NCBI GenBank assembly: GCA_051294375.1
Contig: JBJCIZ010000714.1
Location: forward strand, 1 to 12,191
Length of the DNA stretch: 12,191 nucleotides
Direction of reading: 5' to 3'
Source: Paraspadella gotoi
Taxonomy: Eukaryota; Animalia; Chaetognatha
Below, one piece after another: positions 1 through 7,935 of the stretch. How positions within the stretch are numbered: position 1 is the stretch's first letter; every line of letters starts with the position of its first letter. The position numbers and the translations under genes are program-made. The notes beneath the pieces are model-generated. The model saw nothing but the letters and a program-made list of their open reading frames with translations, ran no database searches and was not told where the DNA came from.

Positions 1-154
1 ATGGACGTGACGACGGCGTCGGCGAGGAGAACGAGTATCACGGAATACGAGTTTAAGACGTCCTGCCCTTACGAGGGTGACACGAGAGCTCAAACTCAAA
101 ACCGGACGCGGCAAGCTAACCGGCCGGCTACTCAATATGCCTCGCACATTCAAA
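1..154 (+). CDS. PTPN14/PTPN21: PTP exon A (partial): pTyr-loop [11 protein letters not shown] and GYINASHIK motifs
   Basis: GAC GTC CTG CC(C)T TAC GAG = DVLPYE; GGC TAC..AAT..GCC TCG CAC AT(T)C AAA = GY(I)NASHIK, followed by donor GTAAAA at 155. ORF-track frame 1 shows the fragments PYE and ASHI. Confidence 0.85.
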
Positions 155-3071
155 GTAAAACGGAGTGTGTTAATAGGGCGGGTCTATTAGTCAGTTTGAA
201 TAAATTGGGTTCAGGCTTTCTTGTGTGCAAGGTCATACCGAAATGATTAGATTCAGAGTTGATTTGCCCACTATTACTAGTAATAAACAAAACCAAATAA
301 ACTGTTTTCAAATGTATAACAGAATATATATATGTAATTATTTAAAAATTATTTTTCAATATTATCAATATTTCGTGAGGCGGAGTCGAAGTAAAATAAT
401 CGAATTAATTAACTTTTTACTCTAATTTAATCAAAATCAATAAATATCATTTTGTATATTAGTTATAACAATTACAGGCTATTTCAGAGTACCAGGACGT
501 GTCCTTGCCTGCTTACATCCGCGCAACTAAGCCCATGTATGTGGCAACATCATACGGTGCTTGGCGTCGTGGTTGCCTGCGCCACTTCATTTCGGTGAAG
601 AACGACGTTAGGATCATTCGCCATCGTTGACCGACGTCGGGGGTCAGAGGGTGAAAGAGGAGGGCCCCCACTATTAAAGGCCTTTAGTAGGGTGGGAGAA
701 TGATGTGGAAAATACCTTCACTAGGGACCGTTACTACTCAGCCAGAATGAGCTACATCTATAAAGAGTGCTTTAGATAGGTCGGGGATGACTAGGCAAAG
801 TGATCACTGGACAGGGCCTTAACTATCCAGACCCGGAATGATACCACTATAAGAGCTGAGTAGGGTGGATGATGCTGAAACTATTCCACACAGTAGTGGC
901 GCTCGCTATCGAGCCAGAATGACGTACAACTATAAGAGCCTATAGTGGCGGATGTACAAAATGGCGAAAATATCACTGATCTCAGTGGCTCCTCGCTATC
1001 GGCAGCCAGAATGGACAACTTGTTGGGATTGAGTGATAAACGCGCATAAATAGGGAAAGGCAAAAGTCACAGGCTTTGAGGAATTAGGGTGGGGGGTCTC
1101 AAATTTCATAGTTAGAGAAGTGGTAAGTCGTATTTCACCGTTTCAGTGTTGTGTAAGGCCTTATATTGGAAATTGTAAAAGTTTAAAACATGTCAAAGTT
1201 GTAAAACAAGGCGTTGGCCGATAATTAAAACTTCGAGCAACGAGAGAGCGGGCGTACGTATAGTCTCGGTTTCCCTCCTTACTTCGCTTTCCCACCCTCG
1301 TCCGCAAGGCCCGTCGATGCACTTCGTCCGGCTAACCCCACCCAAACCGATTCCTCGCCTATTGGAAAATACGAGCGACGCAAGCTTTCCTTACTTTCCC
1401 CGACACCGTAGGCATCATAAGCAAGCAAGTTATAGTGTCGAGATAGTGAAGTCAACATCTAAACTAGAAAATTGGAATATATAAATTCGTAATAATTCCT
1501 GCTATTTTTCCCCACAGTTCCATGTGTCTCATCCATACTGTGTGCTCAACGCGGCTCCCTCATTACGTCACCAGATGGTCTTGCTCGGCTTCAAAAACAC
1601 GTTCTCTCAAAATACGAAGGAGGAAACTGTAAAGTGATGGTGGCATCTGCGGCAACTCAGATTCCGAATGGCCGTAAGAGCCGGAGCATCATGGCCCGAG
1701 AGGAAATGTTCATATTTTTTGGGTAGAGAGCTAACTTAAAATTTATGTATAGACCATATGATGGAATTTACATCTATACTGTAAATTTCGTCCCTGGAGT
1801 TTTATTTCAGCCAGCCTACTATCGACAGAGCTGGAGCGGGTCCATCCGTCGGACCACGTGGCGTCGAGGCGCAGAACGGACGACAATCCCGCCAATCAGC
1901 GACACGAGATCAAAAATTCCAACCAACTCGAGACAAAGATCGACGCTAACTGCCGGGCGCTTCGGGCTGTTCCGGCGGGAGGGGGATCGTCCGGAAGCCG
2001 ACAGTCCCAGACCGATAAGTTAAAGTTACTTACTTCCGACTGAGTTTTGATTAAACACAATTTGTAAATTAAAAAGAAGAATACTGATTGATTAAATAAT
2101 CCATATTTAACTTTGTCTCTTGCTGGTGCAGGGTCCTCCAGAAACCACCCCTGCAATCCGCACTGACCGACTCCGCCGACCGCGACGGCTTGTTGCCACT
2201 GGCACCGCCGGTACGTCGCTAGAACCGGACGCGTACTCATCCTCACCCGAAAGTCATGATGATGGCCTGGTCGTCGAACAGAATTCTGGGTCAGTTTTGC
2301 CCAATAAATAAGGAAAAGGAGATTGCACAAGAGAGCATGAAGAGAGTCGTACAGACAAGGATTGAGGAGAGATTGAGGACTCACAGGAGAGATTGAGGCG
2401 AACACGTGAGAGATTGAAGACACGGAGAGATTGAGAACGCGAGAGATTGAGACAACGCGAGAGATTGAGGGACACAGCGTGAGAAGATTGAGACACGAGA
2501 TTTGAGACCACGGACGAGATTGAGACTACGGGAGAGATTGAGACACGGATCGAGATTGAGACACGGGACGAGATTGGATGACACAGGACAGGGTTAGCGC
2601 GGAGATTGTAGACAGTGAGACGATTGAGACACGGAGAGATTGAGGGACACGGAGAGATATAAGGAAAGAGAGATAGAGATTAAAGAAAAGTGTGGACAGA
2701 GAGATACAGAGATGAGACAGAGAGATTGAGGACACCGAGAATTGAGCATTAGAACGGAAGATTGCAAACACGAGGAGAGACACGGATTGGACCGGGAGCG
2801 AGCAGAGAGTGTTGAGACACGGGAGACAGGGGAGATTGAGCACGGAGAGAAAACTCACGCGAATGAGTTTTCACAGCGAATTTTTCATTGTTCAATTCGC
2901 CCCGCATCTTCTCTCCCCCTTCCCGCAGACGAAAATCGACGTTCCCAAGGCGTTTGCCTCTACATTTCGTCCAACAACGCATGTGATGGTTTTTCAGGAC
3001 ATTTGGGCCAATACAGCTTCGTCTACAAAGCCCTCATTCAACATCTTCAGAAGATTCCAGACTCATTCTGA
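1..3071 (+). CDS. PTPN14/PTPN21: 3' part (7 exons, 5'-truncated by the window) of a FERM-PTP family tyrosine phosphatase, PTPN14/PTPN21/Pez orthologue; reading frame broken by many small insertions (likely sequencing error, possibly pseudogene)
   Basis: After manually removing single/short extra bases, GT-AG-bounded GC-rich blocks give the classical PTP motifs in the correct order: [26 protein letters not shown] / YIA..P..ENDVRIIAMLTD / SFPYFPDTVG / YVTRGL..KHVLSKYE..WHLQ..EWPEHG..FL / AYIDELE.SIRRH / PP..LVHCTAGV.RTG.VLILTEVMM.C.EQN / [40 protein letters not shown]. These match my recollection of human PTPN21 ([55 protein letters not shown]). Reconstruction is by eye, not by alignment software. 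Confidence 0.9.
478..650 (+). CDS. PTPN14/PTPN21: PTP exon B: YIAxQxP and (W)ENDVRIIAMLT region
   Basis: Acceptor ttacag at 472-477; TAC ATC..GCA..CCC ATG and AAC GAC GTT AGG ATC ATT (C)GCC AT(C)G TTG ACC GAC = NDVRIIAMLTD. Donor is either GTCAGA (643) or GTGAAA (651), so the end is approximate. Confidence 0.7.
665..1025. repeat. Degenerate ~80-90-bp tandem repeat (about 4 copies) in a PTP intron
   Basis: Anchor GCCAGAATG(A) or variant recurs at 741, 832 (cccggaatga), 913 and 1005, usually followed by CTATAAGAG, then GGATG and CCTCGCTATC-like blocks. Confidence 0.8.
1309..1445 (+). CDS. PTPN14/PTPN21: PTP exon C: SFPYFPDTVG (equivalent of the KCxxYWP motif)
   Basis: Long pyrimidine tract 1270-1303 plus gcaag acceptor; AGC TTT CCT TAC TTT CCC (C)GAC ACC GTA GGC = SFPYFPDTVG, similar to PTPN21 SFRYWPRLG; donor-like GTGAAGT at 1446. 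It lies between exons B and D as expected. Confidence 0.6.
1518..1722 (+). CDS. PTPN14/PTPN21: PTP exon D: KHVLS..WHLQ..WPE loop
   Basis: Acceptor tttttccccacag ends at 1517; AAA CAC GTT CTC TCA AAA TAC GAA = KHVLSKYE (cf. KHLLSGQE); TGG CAT CTG..CAA = WHL(Q); GAA TGG CCG..GAG CAT..GGC = EWP..EHG; ends TTT TTG G|GT at 1723 (phase 1). Confidence 0.8.
1815..2018 (+). CDS. PTPN14/PTPN21: PTP exon E: AYIDELE.SIRRHVAS plus start of a low-complexity insert
   Basis: Acceptor tttatttcagccag; G|CC TAC (T)ATC GAC (A)GAG CTG GAG..TCC ATC CGT CGG..CAC GTG GCG TCG resembles SYLEEIQSVRRH of PTPN14/21 and is phase-compatible with exon D. The donor at 2019 (GTTAAA) is weak, so the end is uncertain. Confidence 0.75.
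2132..2289 (+). CDS. PTPN14/PTPN21: PTP exon F: catalytic P-loop HC(T)AGVxRTG and following helix
   Basis: Acceptor ggtgcag ends at 2131; CAC TG(G)C ACC GCC GGT (AC)GTC GCT AGA ACC GGA..GTA CTC ATC CTC ACC (C)GAA (A)GTC ATG ATG..GAA CAG AAT = HCTAGVARTG.VLILTEVMM..EQN (cf. HCSAGVGRTGVLILSELM..LEHN); donor GTCAGT at 2290. Confidence 0.88.
2318..2850. repeat. ~17-bp minisatellite, consensus approximately GAGAGATTGAGACACGG, roughly 25-30 imperfect copies, in the last PTP intron
   Basis: GAGATTGAG recurs about every 17-20 nt across the interval; it explains the Ser/Leu/Asn-rich minus-strand ORFs here. Confidence 0.92.
2929..3071 (+). CDS. PTPN14/PTPN21: PTP terminal exon G: Q-loop and C-terminal SRLI*
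   Basis: Strong acceptor ttctctcccccttcccgcag; uncorrected frames already show KIDVPKA and [17 protein letters not shown]. Removing 11 extra bases from the 143 nt gives [43 protein letters not shown], with stop TGA at 3069-3071. Confidence 0.92.
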
Positions 3072-4446
3072 TCGGCGGAGGGTTTCTTGCCGCGAAAGAA
3101 ATAGGATATCGAGCATTTTACGTCTGCCATTGGCAACCTTTCCCCTCTCGAGAGCGTCGCCCGTATTTCTCGTCGCCCTCTCGGTGCTAATTGGTTTCGA
3201 CCCTTTTTTATTTTTCGCAGCCTCTGTTAGTCGCGCCTAATTTCCCGTTTTGTCTCGAAAAACACCCAACTTCTTTTGAATGGGCTGCATCTTTTTATTT
3301 CTTTGTTGGCCGTCTGCGGCGCCTGCCCAAGCCGCTGTGCCGCTGCCGCCCTCCTCGTTCATCCCTACAATTTTAATTTTTTCTGTTCTGCCGTTTTGTT
3401 GAATTTTCAGTTATTTAGCTAATATTTGGACCATGTTGAATTTGTACAATTATTACGAATGCCGGCTATTAATATTAATTCATTGAGAGATTGCATATTA
3501 AAAAGTCACCGCAAAAGAAATTGTCGTTTATTTTTGTGGGGGAACGACCAAATGGGTTAAATGTTAAAATAATATAGGGACATGTATTTTATATAGCTAT
3601 ATTTGAAATCCCTATCTATCTTAGCTTAAAACTGTCGCTCTTGATAAGACTAATCAAATCTTGCATGTCATCAAGAAATTAAATTAAAGAGGGCTCGTCT
3701 GTAGTTTTATTGGGAAAAGTTACACAAAATTTGAAGTGATTTCTAAATATCAGTACATCAATATTGTAGCACCTATTTCTCGCTTGAGACAATATTTTGA
3801 AACCGACATAAAAAATATCAATGACTGTGTTATAACTGTATTGGCGAAGAATCGAAACGATCCGTGTCATTAAATTTGCAATGGTTCTAGACTTAGTGCA
3901 CATTTAGCGTTATGACTACATTATATCTTTTACTCAATGTCACGTTGTTTGGCAAGCGTTAAGCAGAAAGCACATAGATATTATAAAAAACGACCAGTTT
4001 TATCTCCAATCATTGTCTTTTTTTCTAAAATCTAATTCATATTTATTATATTTTACAAACGTAAAAAAGTTTCTTTATTTATTATATTAACGCTATTACG
4101 GTTGATTGTTTCTAGATGATAAATTACCTAATTTTATCTCTTTTTTTTTTAAATAAATCTCTCATATTATTCGATATATATTATCCAAAAATGCACTGAA
4201 AGGCTTGAAAACTGCAAAATATTTTTTTTCACATAACGCACTGTTTAGTTATTATTCCGACATTTCCAAAGACATTCTATATTGACTTATAAACATTTTT
4301 AAGCAAAAATAGAGATATTTACAAAGGTCGGAAGCCGCAGGATAACAAAAAAAAAAAAATAAAAAATAAACACATAAATAAAAACATAACTTTTTTTTTG
4401 AAAATAAAACGAGTCAAGCGAGCCGAAAGCGAAGCCGGTGGCGATT

Positions 4447-4921
4447 TCATTTCTCAGGCGCTGCCCCGATTTTCGTCCGTTTTTTCTTTTGTTCTTTCTT
4501 CTTTCCACAACAGACTCTCCAAATAACACAACAGACGCAAACGACTCCAAAGAAGAATCCAAATCCAGCCGTAAATCCGACAATCACTGCGGAATCCATC
4601 TTGGTTTGTTTGTTTTTTTTAGTTTATAATTATCCGAGAAAATTGTGAACACCCCTGCGTTGCTGGGTTTACAGTTGGCCTTTTTATTTGGTAACGGTTG
4701 GTGTTCTTTTGTTGTTGTTTTTTTGTCTTTTTTGGCTGATGTAGTTGGAGGAGGACGTGGAAATTTGACGTTCTGATCTGAAAGAAATGTTCGATGCGAC
4801 GAGTTGTAATATCAAAGTGGTTTTCATTTTTCAATCCGCACTTACCTAATGTTAAGACGATTTCTTCAAACGCTTTTAATGTTTTTTCTTTTGAATTATA
4901 AGGATAAGAGGGAAAGCTGGA
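4447..4921 (-). CDS. Probable 3' exons of a type I single-pass membrane protein of unknown family
   Basis: Exon 4921-4846 (SSFPSYPYNSKEKTLKAFEEIVLTL) ends at a canonical TTAG|GTAAGT donor; a 68-nt intron ends ttctttcag; the phase-compatible exon from 4777 gives DQNVKFPRPPPTTSAKKDKKTTTKEHQPLPNKKANCKPSNAG. Segment 4599-4447 gives MDSAVIVGFTAGFGFFFGVVCVCCVIWRVCCGKKKEQKKKRTKIGAAPEK*. Joining the last two needs either a 53-nt GT-AG intron (4652-4600) or one extra base in the T8 run at 4613-4620. Confidence 0.6.
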
Positions 4922-5341
4922 CTAACAAAGAGTTGAAACGTAGTTGGCGGGCGATATTACATTGCATGCCTCTAGGAGGGCCTGGGATGGCAACGAAAAA
5001 GATACCTTGTTGAATTCTGGCTGATGACCTCGAACGTCCTTGCAGATTCTTCTTAGTCATGCGACATCAATTGTATAAATCGTGGATACTGATTGACGGA
5101 GTTTGAAATCTCTCATAGGAGATGTCAATGCTATCTAGTGTGGTCCGTATGAAAATAATCTGCAGCAACTGACAATTAAGTTGAAAATAGGAATAATCAT
5201 TATTATAATGTATTTAAATTTGAATTTTTTTGAAATAAATCTTCCTTCCTTTGTGTTAATTTCCGTATAGTGTATATTATTATTAATATTTTTTATTAAT
5301 TTTATTATTTATTTATTATTATCACACGTATTCAATCTTTT

Positions 5342-5364
5342 AGAGAGAGAGAGAGAGAGAGAGA
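5342..5364. repeat. (AG)n microsatellite, about 11 units
   Basis: Direct reading: agagagagagagagagagagaga. Confidence 0.95.
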
Positions 5365-5477
5365 AAAGTAAAATTGATTGCAGCCATAAAATTCAATCTT
5401 TTAACAAACAGCAGTATTCTTTTCTAGATTTTTTTTCCTGGTATATGACGAAAAATAAGAATAACGAAAACTAAAAT

Positions 5478-5731
5478 ATGAAATTGGTACAACCAATATA
5501 AAACTATCCATTCATTTAATAAATAAACGGCTATCTTGCCCTGACTTTGGACAGGCTTTGGTGGTTTAAGGCCTCCATCACTCTTGTAGAGACATATCAG
5601 ATATTCAGGTCCTGCACACTTTTAATCCAAGAACTCTCTCGCAGTCTCGTTTATTCACTCCCAGAGTACCTGACCTCCCGATCAATGAAGTGGTATAATA
5701 TGTATAAAAGAATGTTCCAAATGTATGAATA
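5478..5731 (+). repeat. Solo partial copy (~250 bp) of the satellite-like unit arrayed at 10146-11234
   Basis: Shares colinear blocks ATGAAATTGGTACAACCAATAT, TATCCATTCATTTAATAAATAA, GCTATCTTGCCCTGAC, CAGGCTTTGGTGGTTTAAG, GTCTCGTTTATTCACTCCCAGAGTACC, ATCAATGAAGTGG and AAAGAATGTT with the array copies. Confidence 0.92.
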
Positions 5732-5740
5732 GTGGCTGTA

Positions 5741-5785
5741 TACATACATACATACATAAAATACACTCATACATGTATGTATGTA
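5741..5785. repeat. (TACA)n / (TGTA)n inverted microsatellite pair
   Basis: tacatacatacat (5745-5757) is the reverse complement of atgtatgtatgta (5773-5785). Confidence 0.85.
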
Positions 5786-6396
5786 GAACTAGGATAAGAA
5801 CTAAGAGTTAAGAAGCTTTGAACTAAGAACTTTGTTCTTTTTTCAATTCCTCGGCTTTTCTGATTTACTTTTTTCACGCCAGAGGTTCAAATCACTAACC
5901 CCTCGAACATTTGAGCACTTATTGACTAATAATCGGGAGCATCTTGCAAATGTTAATTTTTACCAGTTTTTATTACTATTTATTACTAGTTATTATTTAT
6001 TAGTTATCTCGAATGACTATTGAAATGACTCAATCTCCAACTGTTAGAATTTTTCTGTGATTGTTCGTTCCTGTGATTCTCCGTATTTTGTTTTATATTT
6101 TGATGCCCTTTGGACGACCAGTCTTCCTCATTTATTTTGTTGTCTTTTATTTCCAAAAAAAAAAAAGGTTCTTTTACTTTCGCCGAGCGTTTTGGCATAT
6201 TTGAAAAACTATTTAAAATATTTATTTAAAAAAATATTAATTACACCACGTCCTAAACCCCTTACAACCGCGGAAGGCGAAAGTAAAATTAATAATAATC
6301 TATTCACCCATTACTATTCAATGTAGTAACTCGTGAAACCCTATTAAATGTATTCATCCTTGTATCAGTTTAATTTTGCGGAACAAAAAAAAAAAA

Positions 6397-7281
6397 ATGC
6401 TCATCAAAGAATACCGCATTCCAATGCCGCTCTCGGTGGAGGAATACCGCATCGGCCAACTCTACATGATCGCCAAACACTCGCACGAGATGTCCGAAAA
6501 GGGAGAGGGCGTGGAGGTCGTCGCCAACGAGCCTTTCCATCACGATGTCCACGGCGACGGCCAATACACTGAGAAGCGCGTCTACCTCAACAAAAAGCTT
6601 CCTACTTGGATCAGCAACTGGGTCCCGCAGATTTTCTACGTCACCGAAAAATCTTGGAACTATTATCCTTACGTAGTGACGGAATTTTCTTGCTCCTTCC
6701 TTCCCTGGTTCTCTTTGCACATCGAGACTCGCTACGAGAACAACGCGGGGACGTCGGACAACTGCTTGAACCTCTCCGCGGAATCCCTGGCCGCTCGGGA
6801 AGTGGATATCGTCGACATCGCCGCCGAATCGGTCGCGGAGCACAAGTACAAAGCCGAAGAGGATCCCACGCTCTTTCGCTCGAAGAAAACGGAGCGGGGA
6901 CCGCTGGGGCCCGGCTGGATGGAAGAGGCCGACCCCGTCATGTGTTCCTACAAGGTGGTCACGGTCAAGTTCGAATTTTGGGGCTTTCAGACCAAAGTCG
7001 AGTCCTGGGTCCACGACGTAGTTCGCCAGGTGCTGCTGTTGGGGCACAAACAGGCCTTCGCCTGGATCGACGACTGGTACGAGTTGACGATGGAAGATCT
7101 TCGCCAATGGGAAGCAGAGATTCAGTCGGAAACGAATCGAAAGGTGATTGGAAGCGAATCGTCGACGCCCACTGCGGACGACGATCCCGTCGCTTCCACG
7201 TCACAGGCTGCCGACGTGGCGCATGCGGACTCTTTCGGGTTTAATTTCGCCGCGACTGAATCTTTAGAGACTCAAAGTTAA
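6397..7281 (+). CDS. PITPNC1: Cytoplasmic phosphatidylinositol transfer protein 1 (class IIB PITP, RdgB-beta), 294 aa, single coding exon
   Basis: Uninterrupted ORF MLIKEYRIPMPLSVEEYRIGQLYMIAKHSHE...GEGVEVV.NEPF...GQYTEKRVYLN.KLP.W...IFYVTEKSWNYYPY...CSFLP...MCSYK.VTVKFE.WG.QT.VE..VH..VR..LL.GHKQAFAWIDDWY matches recalled human PITPNC1 along the whole domain. Inositol-binding T58, K60, E84, N88 and the Lys of CSYK are present. The true start is ATG 6397, not the TTG at 6376. Confidence 0.97.
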   Translation: MLIKEYRIPMPLSVEEYRIGQLYMIAKHSHEMSEKGEGVEVVANEPFHHDVHGDGQYTEKRVYLNKKLPTWISNWVPQIFYVTEKSWNYYPYVVTEFSCSFLPWFSLHIETRYENNAGTSDNCLNLSAESLAAREVDIVDIAAESVAEHKYKAEEDPTLFRSKKTERGPLGPGWMEEADPVMCSYKVVTVKFEFWGFQTKVESWVHDVVRQVLLLGHKQAFAWIDDWYELTMEDLRQWEAEIQSETNRKVIGSESSTPTADDDPVASTSQAADVAHADSFGFNFAATESLETQS

Positions 7282-7935
7282 AAGTTTGAACTTGTCCTTC
7301 GTCGGAAGTTTATCGACATTGTAATTGTGAATGGGAGTTAGTTGGATCTCTTCGTGCCTTGCCTTTTACCAGAGATTGAGAAATTACTTAATAGTTATGG
7401 TAGTAACCATAGTGGCTAGGTTATTTCAATTTATTCTCCATGAAACTTGAAATCCATTTTGAAATATTAATAGTCGAATTTAATAACCATCCATTTTTGC
7501 CAAATTATATTTTATTCTATACTACAATCATTATTTAAATTTTTTTGTTCTTAGGCTTTAGGCCAAGTATTAAGTACTATTTACATCTAGTAGTAGCTTA
7601 GTGAATCGCTGCCTTATGTCTCATACGTTTAAAGTACCCCAATTGGGAAGTGCCAGTATATATTTATTTATTAATCGCAAAATATTACATTAGTTATTCA
7701 TATTTTAAATAACGCGGTAATTTCAAATGAGTTAGCGCCGCAGTGACTGCCTGTCTAACTATGGTTCTTGTGACTGATATACCTTGACGGAATCCGTGAC
7801 TATGACTTGACTACATGACCTAACCATAGTCTTTTGTAATTTATTATATCCTAAAGACGGCGCTAAGCAGTTCCCTCAGAAATTGGAGGTTTTTTCCTGT
7901 CTTAACAAATGAGCAACCAAGCTAAGTAAGTAAGT

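Noticed and set aside
1-246. ORF 1-246 as a standalone 81-aa gene starting at the first ATG
   Set aside because: It is a partly in-frame read of an internal PTP exon running into an intron; the ATG at position 1 is unlikely to be a start codon.
1279-1458. Minus-strand frame MLTSLSRHYNLLAYDAYGVGES...GLAGRSAS resembling an alpha/beta hydrolase, and ARNRFGWG resembling an FN3 strand
   Set aside because: Short isolated matches; the same DNA is better explained as + strand PTP exon C in the correct motif order.
1518-1673. Apparent clean 156-nt phase 1-1 exon ending at GTAAGA (PCVSSILCAQRG...)
   Set aside because: The apparent donor falls inside the WPE-loop codons; PTP similarity continues to 1722 and switches frames, so the open frame is fortuitous.
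2318-2850. CRISPR-like array
   Set aside because: Units are adjacent with no unique spacers, no cas genes are present, and the context is a eukaryotic intron.
1896-2858. Minus-strand ORFs of 67-175 aa rich in S/L/N/C
   Set aside because: They are translations of the 17-bp minisatellite and antisense PTP exons.
4513-4570. Plus-strand exon candidate after a long pyrimidine tract
   Set aside because: The tract is the reverse complement of the Lys-rich tail codons of the minus-strand membrane protein, which explains the region better.
6004-6198. Minus-strand ORF and an AT-hook-like KTGRPKG in another frame
   Set aside because: The motif lies in a 12-codon frame bounded by stops, within AT-rich low-complexity sequence, with no other support.
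6370-7244. Long overlapping ORFs 6370-7107 (-, 245 aa), 6606-7244 (+, 212 aa), 6732-6941 (-) and 6965-7204 (-)
   Set aside because: Shadow frames of the GC3-rich PITPNC1 CDS; no recognisable motifs.
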